Shown: positions 1 to 13,096 of the stretch, one piece after another
Position numbering within the stretch: position 1 is the first letter of the stretch
Layout: each line of letters begins with the position of its first letter
From: Novakomyces olei
Taxonomy: Eukaryota
Length of the DNA stretch: 64,000 nt
Reading direction: 5' to 3'
Assembly (NCBI GenBank): GCA_016906335.1
Contig: JADEYG010000002.1
Coordinates: forward strand, 1,240,001 to 1,304,000
Program-made: the position numbers and the translations under genes
Notes under the pieces: generated by a model
What the model was told of the DNA's origin: nothing
What the model saw: the letters and a program-made list of their open reading frames with translations, nothing else
The model's database searches: none

Positions 1-2
1 GG

Positions 3-125
3 CTCTCGCCTGAAGAGCGAAAGCGTATTGAAGACGCGATCAAGGCAGCTTCTACTATGGAGGAAATTAGTCGTCTTGAAAGTATGCTACTAGAAGGAAA
101 GATACCAGTCGGCGCCGCCGTCTAA
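3..125 (+). CDS. LEA1: U2 snRNP A' protein (Lea1/SNRPA1), C-terminal end only (partial at window start)
   Basis: Frame from nt 3 reads LSPEERKRIEDAIKAASTMEEISRLESMLLEGKIPVGAAV*, matching the fungal U2A' C-terminal pattern (I..AI..A....EI.RLE..L..G.IP). Confidence 0.75.
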   Translation, partial: LSPEERKRIEDAIKAASTMEEISRLESMLLEGKIPVGAAV

Positions 126-401
126 CCCAGGCCTATACCTCAAACATGGAAAAAATTAAAAGGAAAAAATATAAAGGAAATTGTAGTAGTCTAGAATAAA
201 AATTAGGTATAATGCGGTCCCGTACGTAGTATTGCCGATACGGCATAGCGGTAGACATTTTAAATAACCATCCACGGTGACGAGCACACGGCTGCGACAG
301 TGCTTTAGTGGAATTTTCTAACGTGACTACGACGCTATTAATCTCAATTGAACAATTTCCTGATCATTCCTATACTTGCGTTTAGCAATTTTCATCTATA
401 C

Positions 402-2555
402 TCAATACACGTGAACGAGCGCATCGCCCGTTTCCTCCACAGGGCGGCCCTGGCGCTGGCACGAGACCTTCCACCGGATACGGATGCCTGCTGCCTTGTC
501 AACCACCCCAGAAACAGTCAAAGACTGCTTGATCCCATTCGACTGACGAGGCAAAAGATCGCGGCCAGACTGGGGCTGCATCTGCAAAGTCATTGTCTTT
601 GGAACTGCCATCTGGAACCAGAGATCAGAGATACGGTCTGTGGGGGAGTTGTTTCCAAAACTAGCCTCCATTGTCACTGTAGTACCTTGCGGCCTTGAAG
701 CGGTAATCTTTGCCGAAAGCCAGTCGGATTGGAAAATCACGGTTTCCGCGTCTAGATGTTAGGGATTAAAAAAAATAATAATTTCTAAACAAAAAATTAC
801 TAAATAAAAACAATTTTCACATCTTGAACTGCAATCAATACAAAATGATTTGTAAACTTACTGCTGACTGGCGACTGGTACCCGCCCATAAAGTCGCCCA
901 TTAGGTCGGACGAAGGTGCCGGTGGCTGAGGGGAAGGCTGTGAGCTGGGAGTCATGGAAGCCGACGAGGAGCCGAAAAGAGAGCCCAGATTATCAAAAGC
1001 AGCATTGTGGCCGTGTGGGGCAGGTGTAGCGGCAAAAGGGGCAGGTGAGGCTGTGCCCGTAGCTGCAGGCGAAGAGCCTAATGAAAGATTCGAAAGGCCC
1101 TCGAGGGCAGAGTAGTTGGGCCGGTTTGAGGGAGCAGCGGAGGGCCCAGAGGTGCCTGATGGCTGTACAGTAGTAGAGCTGCTCATAAGCCCTCCGAGGT
1201 CGTTTGCCTGGGAGGCCGATTGAGCTCCTCCACCGAGACTGATACTGCCTCCCATACCAAACGGATTGCTCTGAGCAGCCTCGTCCGTGAAAGAAAGCCC
1301 GAGCAAGTCGTCCGAATGGTTTTCCGACTGGGCTGGTTTGGGTGCTGAACTGCTTGAACTCTCTGCCCTGCCAGTTTCTGCTGCCGGTTGCTGGGCACTA
1401 TCGCCCAGTCCAAACTCCATATCAATCAGTGACTGTGAGCCTCCAATATCACGAGGAGCAGAGGTGATATCCGTGGGCAAACGAGCCTTGATCTCTTGTG
1501 CCTTGGCGAAATCGCCGTCTCGCAGAGCATGATACTGTTCGTCCAGAGTATTAATAAGATCATTAAGCGCAAGCATCTTGCTCACGGCCTCCTGGTCATC
1601 AGACTCCTCCTGGCACATCTTTTGTATTTTGGGCTGCGCAGTACGAATCTGAGCTGTCATTTCCTCGTAAATGTCCCCATTGCCAATCTTATCAGATGCC
1701 TTCACGCCAGCCAGCATTTCACCAAGCAATGTAGCCTTCCTGCGTACTTTGTCCAGGTCCTGGGCCGCCTTGGCACGGTAGTCAGTCTTGCGAGACTGAT
1801 CATAGCCGGCCATTAGCTTCATGAGCCGATTAGCCTCCTGCAAATCGTGCGTTGTGCCACGGCGAATAAGTTCCTGAAGCTTTGCAGCGTTAGCATTACG
1901 GTCCTCCTCTTCAAGCTCTTCCGGAGATTTCAACGAATCAGAAGGGTTCAGCACGGCTGCCTCGTCCTCCTGAACTTCGGGGAACTTGTAGCCCTTGTAG
2001 GCAAGCAGCCGGTGCATGTCCTTGATGAACCCCAAATCCTCGCGGTAGCGACTCGTTTCACACAGGGTGGAGTACCATTGATGGATCAATTCGAGAATCT
2101 TCAACTGGATCCGACTCGGCCGGGGCGGTGGCCGTTCCGGGAACCGTCGAACGAGCTCGTTCAAAAACTCCTTTGTTGCTATTTGCAGGTGAAAGGGGTA
2201 CCCACAGTTCTTCACAATAATATCCAGCAAGTGCAGTGCCAGCATTGCAGTTGTAGGATTCCTGTCATTGACCTGCTGGACAATCAAGAACGCGGCCTCT
2301 CGTGGACTATTGCAGGTTAGAGGAGGCATCGTAGACAGCCAGATCCATTTGACTTACTGGTTGCCCTTTTTCTGGTTGATGAAATCTGCAATTTCCAGGT
2401 TTAGGGCCAGATTGGGCTCGAAATTGTAGGCGTCACATGCCCGGTCTGTGGGTGCGGGGTTAGTCAAGGCAGCCATTGGGCGAGCAATTAATTGCCTTAC
2501 AGATATAACGCGAGAGCGTGCGTGAGTCCTTGCTCTGTCGCGGCGCGTAGTCCAT
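402..2555 (-). CDS. GGA2: GGA clathrin adaptor (VHS-GAT-GAE), spliced
   Basis: VHS motifs (RACD..NFEPNLALNLEIADFINQKKGN; KNCGYPFHLQIATKEFLNELVRRFP), GAT (AKLQELIRRGT..DLQEANRLMK) and GAE ear exon (FQMAVPKTMTLQMQPQSG). ATG at 2555 (MDYAPRQ..) is joined by a GTAAGG..CTAAC..CAG intron. Confidence 0.9.
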
Positions 2556-2966
2556 TCTGTCAATGCAATCAAAGAGCCTCTAAGCCCCGTTGTTGGCAAA
2601 CAGCAAAGAAACGAAAAAGTCGTTTCGCTATTACTGTAAAAATTACACTCTTTGAATGGGTAAAGGACGCTCGTAATCCACACAGAGGGCACTCGAGGCT
2701 CTCTTTGGCCGCTCGATTTACGGCTATTTTTCGACTCCGCAAGTTTAGGGTTTTCCGGGTAGTACAGTGGCAGCGGTCGTAATAGTATAGTGTATTATGG
2801 AGGAGGCAGACTTTTTACAAAATAAACGTCCCTACTGTATAGTGTATAGGGAAAATAATGAATCTGATAAGCAGTGATCCACAGTCCAGAGGCATCGAGA
2901 TAACTCGAACCGGCTGACGAGCGCGCCGACTGGTCGAGGCTGCGCTGTATGCGCTGATCAGGACCA

Positions 2967-5900
2967 ATGCCGACGAGCACAGAAGGCGTCCTTAGTGGAG
3001 CCAACCCTGTGGAGTACAGTCCGCAGCATACGCTGCGCCTGTTTGTGATACAGGCAGCTATTATCATCGTTTTCTGTCGCATGCTTTACTGGCCACTCTC
3101 GCGGATTCGCCAGCCTCTGGTCATCGCAGAAGTGTAACTCTTACCCTCTGCTTTTACGTGTAAACGCTAATCAGTTTTTCTTTTTAGCATTGGAGGCATT
3201 GTGCTGGGTCCTACTGCCATGGGCCGAATCCCTGGCTTTCTCGATACAATATTCCCACCAGACTCGGCGGCTATTCTCAACCTCACGAGCAATATCGGGC
3301 TTGTATTGTTCCTTTTCGTCGTCGGTATGGAAGCTGATCTCGGACTCGTCCGGAAAAGTCTACGGGCCGCGTCTAGTGTAGCTATCGTGGGCATTGCTGT
3401 CCCTTTTGGACTCGGCTTTGCCCTTGGCCCGCGTCTTTGGCAGGAGTTCATGTCCGCCTCGGATCGGGAGGGCCATTCACAGGGGAATTTTATGCTTTTC
3501 ATCGGCGTGGCTATGGCCATTACGGCAATGCCCGTACTCGCACGTATATTAACGGAGCTTAAAATGATGCATGAGCCCATTGGGGCTGTTGTACTGGCGG
3601 CCGGCGTGGCAAACGACGTCTTTGCGTGGGTTCTGCTGGCCCTGGCTATAGCCTTGGTCAATTCTAGTCAGGGTATTGTGGCCCTCTACACTATTCTTTG
3701 CCTTGTTGGACTCGCTCTGCTCTTGATCTTTGTAGTGCGACCCATCTTCATCTTTCTATGCCGACGAATGCACGCTTTTGAGACAGGCCCCTCAGAGTCG
3801 CTAGTGTGCCTTACTGTGCTGCTCGTTTTCGCTTCCGCCTTTTTCACAGACATTATTGGCGTGCATGCTATCTTTGGAGGGTTCCTTGTCGGTGTGATTA
3901 TGCCCAAGCAGGGAGGCTTTTCCGTCAAAATGACGGAAAAAGTGGAGGATCTTGTAAGCTCATTGTTTCTGCCGCTTTATTTTGCAAGCTCCGGTCTCAG
4001 CACCGACCTGGGATTATTACGTGATGGCAAATCGTGGGGCTACGCTTTCCTCCTAATTTTCGTCGCCTTTTTCGCTAAAGCAGTGCCCAGCGCTCTGGCT
4101 TCCAAATTGAACGGATTCCTGTGGCGCGAGTCCCTGGCTGTGGGTACGCTAATGGCGTGCAAAGGTCTGGTTGAGCTTATTGTCCTCAACGTCGGATACT
4201 CGGCCGGCATTTTATCGCAAAAAGTGTTCTCCATGTTTGTCTTTGAGGCGGTCATTGTCACGTTTATGACAACGCCACTAACAATATGGGCTTATCCGGA
4301 GTCTTATAGGCGCAAGGTGGAGCGTTGGAGGCGTGGTGAGATTGACTGGGAGGGCAGAGAGCTACTGCACAGTTCTGCCACTGATTCCAGCAACAAATTT
4401 ATGCAGGCAAATAGTAATGTTTTGGGCGCACTAGCAAAAGTCTCGATTGTCTTTGAAGGATTGGAGGATGTGCCGGCACTGATGCGTCTTTGCCGGCTGT
4501 TTGCCAATAGCAATAGCGGCCCTAAAGCAGTGCAAAGTGACTGCTTTGTTTCGCTGCACATGCTGCGTCTAATGGAACTCAGTCAGCGTACGTCTGACGT
4601 CATGCGTGTTGGAGCCGTGGGCAGTCTTCGGCAGACCGATCCGGCACTGGAAATAATGTCCACATTTGCGGACTTGTACGGGATGTACGCTTCCGCTGAC
4701 CTTTCAGTTATCCCTAAATCGGCTTTTACAAAGGCCACACTGGACGATGCTCAAGTGCTGGAGACGGACCTGCTACTGCTGCCGTGGGTAGTGATGTCAC
4801 AGAGCCCAAACTTTAGTACTTTTGCCGCCGCTGACGGCCCATCTGATGGCCGTCAAGAGCCCGGCAGCGTACAGCCGCCCTCACCATGTAGCCAAACGGT
4901 GTCGCAGCCGCCTTTTGCTACAAGACTACGGGAAAACCCTGGGTTTCTGGACTATATCCAGTCCTGTTTTGACAGGGCTAATTGTGCAGTTGCCACCCTG
5001 ATCGACCATGAGCACACTCTCCAGCCTGCGGCCGGTACGGACTCGGGCAGCTGGACGCAACTGCAAGCGTCTAAATCGCACGAGGAGCATAGCATCGGCC
5101 ACCGGCACGGTCGGGTGTCTTGTACACGGACAATGGACTCGGCGCTCGATAATGACGATAAATTCGAGCCGACCGAGTCTGGAGTAAACTGTGGAGGCAG
5201 AGTCTTATCCCCAACCCACGTTCAGCACGTAATTTTCCCCTATTTTGGAGGCACTGACGACCGCCAGGCGCTGGCACTTGTTGTAGAAATGGCAAAGAAC
5301 TGTAAAGTGTCTGTGCTGCATGTTCAAGTAGGCGAAATCGGCACTGTGCCGCCTTCGGCTCCTGTCCCGACCTCTGTCCCGACCTCTGTCCCGGCTCCCT
5401 TGTCCCGGCCCAACAGGCTCAAGCAGTACCTGTCCTCGGCACGTAGAACCCCGTCTGGTCCTGTAGATCCAAAGCCAGAAAAGGGCACTGGGTCAGTGCC
5501 CTCTCAGCTGCCAAAAGAGCCTCCACAGCTCTACGTACGTGGCGGCAATGAAAGAGGAGGCGATTCTTCTTCTCCTGCCTCACACCTCTCCTCGGCTACT
5601 GCCTCGGCTACTGCCTCGGCTACTGCCTCAGCTACTGCCTCAGCCGGGCACAGAGTGCCCGGCGAGGAGAGGGACGATGCACAGTTTCTTCACTCGCTCG
5701 TTGACCGGTGCAGGGAGAGCAAAGCCGGTCAGTGTTCCGGACTTGAGCTTTGCACTGTAAAGGCCTCGAGTCCTTTTTCGACGGCCGCCGAGCACGTGCG
5801 GCAGCTCATCGACCACCAGGCTCAGACTCTACTCGTCTTTGGCCGCAGCCGACGGCGTTACGCTTCAACCTTGTCGGGGCAAAAGGACGAAGGGTCTGGC

Positions 5901-6074
5901 CATGTGACTGCACTACAGACTGGCGGCAATACGGCGGCAAACGCGGAGGAGACGGGTGAGCTAAGGCGGTGTCTCGGCGAGGCAGCAGAATCGTTCTTGT
6001 CCAGCGATCAGGGCATACACGCCAACGCACACTGCCAGGTTTTAGTAGTGCAGGCGGCTTGCAAGGGAGCTTAG
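2967..6074 (+). CDS. KHA1: K+/H+ antiporter, CPA2 family (Kha1-like), one intron near 3134-3188
   Basis: Exon 1 ends ..RIRQPLVIAEV and splices to IGGIVLGPTAMG. Motifs AITAMPVLARIL, NDVFAWVLLAL, GVHAIFGGF, LPLYFASSGL, KGLVELIVLNVG; many TM segments. Confidence 0.92.
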
Positions 6075-6758
6075 GCTGGAGGGTTAGGGTCTGTAGAGCG
6101 GTGCTGGTTTGGGGGGGGGGGGTTTTGTAATGTACATAGGAGACGCAGACGCTTGCAGTAAATGGTTCATATTTCACAATGTTTTACACGACTACGAGGT
6201 GAGTCAACGGAGTCGACCGGGTTGGACAAATACGTTGGACTAGCATGTTTGATTATACGTTAATAACGAATTAATAACGAATTAAAATAAACGAATTAAT
6301 ATTAATAAACGAATTAATATTAATAGAGGAATTAATATTAATAGAGGAACTAATATTAATAAACGAATATTATAACGAATATACATAGGTGTACTAACCC
6401 TAACCCTACTAGTACTGAACTCGAAAGAATCTTAGTCTGAGCCTGCTACTTGTGATAGCGACCAAGTATTACCGGATAGACTTGGCCGTTGACCTGGCCG
6501 GCCACAGGCAATCGTCTACCACAGGCAATCTTCTGCCGCAGCCTCCTATATTCTAAGCATACATGATGGACGGCTTTACGATGCAATACAGCACAATTTA
6601 ATGTTTTTGCTTGTATCTATGGACCGAAATTTTTGATAATTAATGCAACAAGAGAAGTACGAAAATAAGTATATAGCATTTACGGACACGAATCCCGTTC
6701 AAAGTTGTTTTTTTACACAGACTTTTGCTCATAATGCTGGCTGAGCAAACGGTGCTGT

Positions 6759-8063
6759 TTAGACAAGGATCGCCATGGCGAGTGATCCAGCCACGAGAGC
6801 AATTGCAGAGAGACCGGCAGAGAAGCGTGCGGACGCACCAGAGCCCTCAGGAAGACCCGTCATAGAGGGCGAAGTATAGTTGGAAGTAGGGCCAGTTCCG
6901 TTCCAGCTGGTGCCGTTTGACGAATTGATACCGTACGGCACAGGTGAAGCCGAAGTGTAGACCGAAGACCATACAGGCGAGGCAGCACTAGAGGCACTGG
7001 CTATTGGAGAGGCAGTAGCAGAAGAGGGAGAAGCAGCAGCAGCAGCAGAAGAAGAAGCAGCAGCAGAAGAAGAGGCGGCAGCAGAAGAGGCAACTGAAGA
7101 AGCAGCAGAGGTAGAAGAGGCAGCGGCTGAGCTAGAGCTACTGCCAGAACTCTGTCCAGAGCAGTCCAAGCTGTACTTGGGCTGGCGGGTATCAGATAGC
7201 ACGCCCCAAGAGCCCTCGACATTGCTGCACTGGCCATTGTCGCCGACGCTGCACGGTTTCCAGGTCTCGTCAGTCAGCTCAAAGTCAAAGACATTGACGC
7301 CCTGAGAGCGGATAACACAGATAGCCTGCTGGTAAAACTGCTGCGCGTTCTCGACAGACGGCACAGCCGATTCGTAGTCGTCACCCTGAGTAGGCCACCC
7401 CGTCTCGCCGACCCAAAACTCCAAATTAGGGTTGATGCTGTGGATATGCTCACGCGCAGCATTGATATCGTCAAAAAACACGCTCGGGGCATTGTCGATA
7501 GAGGCTCCCTGCCAGTACGCAAAGGCATTGGCAAAGACAACGTCCAAGTGCGGGATAACCGGGTTGGCAGTGCCGTCGTTGAACTTGTTCCACGAGTCAG
7601 CGGTGCCGATACGGATACTGGTGAGCCCCAACTCGTTGTGCACAAGGTCCCGGACTTGCTCAATGTACTGTACGAGCACGTCGGCCGAGTAGTCTCCGCG
7701 GTAGAGCACTTCGCTGCCCACGGTAATGGCATAAACGCCCTCGCCGTTGCCCAAATGCGCACGCAGAGCCGCCAGTTCGCCCTCTGTTGCGCCATTGGCA
7801 CCGGGCCAAATGCCGACAACGAGGCGTACGCCGGAGGATTGCACGGCCGGCAGAATAGTCTGCAGAGTATTGCACTGCGAGGCCGAGTACACGCGGACAA
7901 TGTCCGAGTAGCTGCGCATAGCGGCAAAGTCGGCCTCGTAGTCTGACTGGCTCTTGCAGGAACCGTCAGGGTTTTGCACGCCCAGCGAGAATCCCAGGCT
8001 GCCTTGTGCTGCCGCAGTAGCGGCCAGACTGGCTGCCGCTGCTAATACAAAGGACGCCTTCAT
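6759..8063 (-). CDS. GH17 beta-1,3-glucanase/glucanosyltransferase (Bgl2/EglC-like) with signal peptide, Ser/Ala-rich stalk and probable GPI signal
   Basis: Signal peptide; catalytic motifs VGSEVLYR and VGETGWPT; TADSWNKF and NAFAYWQG; hydrophobic C-terminus. Intronless. Confidence 0.92.
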   Translation of the reverse strand: MKASFVLAAAASLAATAAAQGSLGFSLGVQNPDGSCKSQSDYEADFAAMRSYSDIVRVYSASQCNTLQTILPAVQSSGVRLVVGIWPGANGATEGELAALRAHLGNGEGVYAITVGSEVLYRGDYSADVLVQYIEQVRDLVHNELGLTSIRIGTADSWNKFNDGTANPVIPHLDVVFANAFAYWQGASIDNAPSVFFDDINAAREHIHSINPNLEFWVGETGWPTQGDDYESAVPSVENAQQFYQQAICVIRSQGVNVFDFELTDETWKPCSVGDNGQCSNVEGSWGVLSDTRQPKYSLDCSGQSSGSSSSSAAASSTSAASSVASSAAASSSAAASSSAAAAASPSSATASPIASASSAASPVWSSVYTSASPVPYGINSSNGTSWNGTGPTSNYTSPSMTGLPEGSGASARFSAGLSAIALVAGSLAMAILV

Positions 8064-8735
8064 CGCGAAACGAGTGACGAGAAAGGCCGTAAATGGGGAA
8101 TAAAATGGGGAAAAGAATGGGCGAATAAACGGGAAACGAGTGTGTTTGGAGATGACAGTGGTCGCGGGGAGCGGACGCTATTTATATTTTTAAATTTATA
8201 TGTAGGAGATACTTTATGGAAAATTGTTTAATTAAATTTAGCACGCACTGTACGGAATGGGAAAGTTTGGAAATGGGGCGAGCAAGTTTTTTTGTTTTCA
8301 TTCTTGGTTACTTTGCCCTGCGCCTAAGCAAAGTCGCGTCTAATTTTGTACCTGTCTGCTCTGACAATAGTAATTTGATGCCGCGAAATACGCAAGGATG
8401 CCAAGAAATTAGGTGAATGGCAGTATCTTTTGTCCGGAATACGCTGCCGGAATACTCTGCCGGAATATGGAAGCAATTGCCGTGCGTTTTTTTTCTCTCA
8501 ACGTTGTGTACATCTGCCGCTCACCACGAACGGCCAGTTTCGACCGTTGGCCTAAACAGGGCATTTACAAGTAATAGATCAGCGACAGGAAGGCGAAGCA
8601 TCGATCACGGGGCCGACCGGGGCTATATTAGCCAATCAGATTTCAGCACCTGTTTCAGTAAAGGAGAAACAACGGTAATAGGCTCGCCAAGGGGGGTTAT
8701 CCCCAAGTAATAAGTCATGCATTGATCAACACAAT

Positions 8736-8951
<216 letters not shown>

Positions 8952-9213
8952 GAGTAGAAAGATGTTGAGCTGGGTGGCTATTTACACTGTCTATTACGCT
9001 TGATCTATAGAGTACTATAGCAAATGTTTTCACAAGGGCGCACAGGGACAAACTGCCAAACTCTGTCTAATTCATCTTCATCTTGCCTCACAAGACAACG
9101 ATTACAAATGATCTCTAATACTGGACAAACGGAAATTCAAACTCGAAATTTAAAGCCCCTTTTCTCTATCACCGTTTATAATCATCCTCATTAATGCAAT
9201 ACGACGCACAGCC

Positions 9214-12200
9214 CTAAAAAAATGAGCGAAACACCCCCATAGCTGCATCGCGCTTTGACGTTTTTGCTGTAGCGTTAGAATCTGCCTTGAAAAATATTTT
9301 AATAGGAATAACAGTAATTTGTGAATTCTTACTGAAGTCTTTAATTTCATTCAGCCAGTCAGTCGACGCCTGTTCCATGTGTCCAAACGTCTCTTGCACA
9401 TCAGCAATACGTGAACCGCGCTCGTCAAGTCCTTCAGAGGGTATTTGTCCTCGTTTGAACTGCTTCTCCTTTTGTGCTCGCTGAGCTTTCATCTCCTCGT
9501 CCCTTGCTGCTCTTTCGTCCATTCTCTTTTGTCTTTGCTCGGCATGCTCAGCGGCTGCCTGCCGTTTTGATTTGGGTCTACCCGGACCCGCCACTAAATT
9601 ATTAGTACAGCTCAATAAACAGGAAACTTTCTCGATTAAATTTAAATCAAGGTTTGGTCCCTTAACATTCATGTTGTATAATTCAGATTCCACGTTTGAT
9701 TCATTCTCAGTCCATGTTCAATATTATCTCTTCTCAGTTTCCTTTCAATATTTTCAACGCTTTTAATTCTTTTCATTCTTTTAGTTCTTTCAATGCTTTT
9801 AATTCTTTCATTTTCCACCAATTCGATACTCGTTCCAAATCTTCCTTACCCAAAGTATTAAAGTCTCGCTCGTTAATGTACTGTTCGCCCGTGATCCACT
9901 GCCACGTGCTTATACTCGGGCGCGCGGGCACCTGCTTGTTCCCATCATACAGGGCATCCAGCACCTGCTCTGTATCACGAATCCCCCGTGGAAAAACATT
10001 CACCAGCCGGCTGCAGCCAAAAGTCTGGCTCCTTTGTGTGGGCATATAAATATCCCCAGGAGGCAGAACACTACACCGCCATAAATCTGCGGCTGGTAGC
10101 TTAAAAGTAGCTGGCAGATTGAACCTGCCTACTGCTGATAACTGAGGCAGGGCCAGAACGCTTACACTTCCCGGTGCCTCAACAGCTTCAGACCCACCCA
10201 TTCTTCTGGTGAGTGCAACAAGAACTGCCTTGTCGCCTCCACGAACACAGACCTGTGCTCCCATATTAACGTGCTTCCCTCCAGCCGAAGCAGTTTCAAG
10301 GGGCTTTTTCTTGCTAAAGACACTGTTAATGGTAGCGTATTCCCTTCGGCCAACGACGACGACAAGCGCTAATCTTGCTGGTGCTTGTCCAAGTCCTACA
10401 CGGATATCCACACTGCTAGCGGCCGCACTGGCTCCGTCTTTTGTTACGGGATGAAGGGAAATCACACTATCCTCCTGCGCCAGGACTTGAGCAGAATGTG
10501 CAAAAGCCGCCGTCCAGTAGCCTACAGAATCAGGGCGCAGTTGAAAAGACACTATTCTTCCCGCTGAGGTCCCAAAAGCACAAACAAGCACTTGATTATG
10601 GCCATCATTGTCGGGGAAAAACTCGGCACACAGACCTGTTTCCACTCCGGCAAACTTATCTTTGCTTCGGCGCACTACTGCCCTGTCACTCAACTGCTCC
10701 ATTAGAAGAATACGGGGCCCACGTAGATCTGTAAGGCTCACAGCACCAGAATCATAAGCCAGAGCCAGGAACCCAATGCTGGAGAGACACGCTGCACTCA
10801 CAATTGCTTGTGGAGGATGAATCATGCACAGAGGATCGAGGGCAGAGGGGAAACGGGGCGAAGGGTAGACTCGAACAAGATCGTCAGGGTGGTTGCTACG
10901 TGGCAATTCGACTATTTCTTCGAGAGAAAGAGCGGCAAACATCTCTTGCTCTTGGCTTCCAATGCCCGATCTGTCTGTCCATACAATCACACGGCCACTG
11001 CTGAGCACTGTAGCCACTTCACCAGTCTCGTAACCCATCAGCACTCGACTCACAGAGTCTTGATCAGCCGTCTCATTAGCGGTTCCGCCCAATGAGAGAG
11101 CGGCGGCCACATTGAGGCCAAGTACAGTCTCTGTATCGAGCTCCGTCTTTGTCGCATCCATTAGGGTCACATGTAAATGCTGTGCGACCCACATGACTTC
11201 TCTATTGTCAAAGTTTCGCAGATGCCTCTGCACAGGCGAGCCTCCACGCAAAGAAAGCAGCCGTGCCAAATCATTATGAGCACTGGCAGAATTACGGGCT
11301 CTGCTGTTGCGGGTAAGCAGGGTCTGCCAGGCTAATCGCTGAACGAACAAAATGCCGTCTCCTTCTGGAACAGGGGCACTAAGGAAGGCTGGCAAAGGTA
11401 AGGCTCGGGCAACAGCCGAGCCGTACAGCTCCTCACCAGCTGGCAGAGTATAAACGGCCAGTTCGCCGTTCGATCTTTTAGCGATTAATGCAGCTGCATT
11501 GTCTGCCCCGTTAAGATAAGGCGAACCTGTGCGTGAAAGCAGTACAAAGTGTACTGCATCACGGTACGCTGGACACGGCAGGAGCCTGTGGCCTTTGGAA
11601 GGCAGAGAAAAGTACTCCGAGTGAGTAGCGTACGCTGCTGGAGAGTTTACAGTGGAGTTGTAAGGCTCTCTTCCGAAATTCAGGCAGCTTATTCCCTTCA
11701 CGGGCCGATCGGAAAGTAGGCCGCCTGCTACTAAAAGGTATCCTTCTTCACGGCTGTTCTCACAGCACCAGGCAATGTGGAATATTGGCTCTCTTTCGCT
11801 TGTCGCCTTCACTGCTCCTGCTCCGGATTGCGGACGGTTGATGTCTATAGCGTCTAGGGTGCGCACTTGTACAGGGCAATTGCTGTTGTGTGAGTCCCAA
11901 AAGGCTAAAATGCCATCTTCGTGTACAGTAGCAAAATGTGCACCTGTCGGCGACCAACAGACCTGTGTCAAAGCCGGCCGACGCAGAAATTTTGTACTGG
12001 CTCTGTTACTGCCCGCACCGGGGGCTCCGGGTGGGATATCGAGCTCGAAAAACTCGACTGTCCGGTTGGACTTGATACTGAAAATGACTGCTCCATCCGG
12101 GTAACCAACAAGAACCGTTCCAAAATCACAAGGATGGAATTGTAAGCTCACGATTGGTGATATCTTGGTTGGTGGTGGTGCATAAGGCTCGCCTTGATAT

Positions 12201-13096
12201 TAGAAGGGCAAATGGAGGAAAGACGCAACATAATAACAGAGTAGAAGACGTAAACAAAAATGCAAATGCAAATGCAAATACAAATGCAAATACAAATGCA
12301 AATACAAATGCAAATACAAATGCAAATACAAATGCAAATACAAATTCAAACAGACTTAATCCGAATTAAACAAACTCCAGATTATAAAGTGAGACCATTA
12401 ATAGAGCGGGATCAATTGCGAGAGAAAAGAAATTAATTCAACCCCCTCCAAACTCGGCAGAGCACAATAGTCCTTGCAAATCATACCCATAAACCGCCAT
12501 TCCTGATGGCGCTCGCGGTAAAGGTTCGGGATACGGTAGGGTGCCAGGCAGTCACGGTCAAGATCCCAAAAGTCTACAGACCCGTCAGCGTACGCGAGCA
12601 AAAGCCAGTCCAGTGAAGGATCAGACTCGATAGCCTGTACATTGCCCCGTAAATTTTGTACTACAGCCGGGTGAAGGCTCCGTACGTCCGTTTTGAAAAC
12701 GTGCAGAGAGTTGCGCGTATCCACGACCACAAGATTGGTCCCGTGGAGAAGTACGTGCGCAGGCACACGGCTCGTTTGCAGCCGGAAATGAACTTGCACG
12801 CCAGGCTGTCCGCATACAAAAACCGAGCCGTCCACGCAGGCTAAAGTTAGATTTATTTATTGGTAAAAGACCAAACTCACCCACGGCGCATAGGCTTTGC
12901 ACGGAATCGTAGCTGAGCCCTACAATTTCACCTGCCAGTCCATACTGCGCGATCTACAATTGTAGTTTGTAAAAGTGTCCCATGTTCGTAATCATACCTC
13001 ATCGAGCCCAAACGAAAGTTTTGAGAGCCCTTCAGATAGAGGCGGAGGCGCGTCGCGACGGCTTCCAGCGGCTCGTAACTTGTTGAACAACGGCAT
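9214..13096 (-). CDS. SRO7: Lgl/tomosyn-family WD40 exocytosis protein (Sro7/Sro77-like), spliced
   Basis: ESDPSLDWLLL..ADGSV.FWDLDR, SLQFHP.D.GTVLVGY, S.IGFLALAY..G....DLRGP, PARPSISTWQWITG.QY. Predicted ATG at 13096 (MPLFNKLR..); last exon ends ..GVFRSFF*. Confidence 0.88.
12258..12345. repeat. Intronic 12-bp tandem repeat (AATGCAAATACA)n
   Basis: Read directly; lies in the SRO7 intron at about 12193-12486. Confidence 0.9.

Noticed and set aside
210..315. Two short hairpins (TGCCG-ATA-CGGCA; TCCAC/AGCAC..GTGCT/GTGGA) as an H/ACA snoRNA
   Set aside because: No correctly placed ACA box; stems are short enough to occur by chance
758..764. GTTAGGG as a telo-box
   Set aside because: It is the CCCTAAC branch site of the last GGA intron on the minus strand
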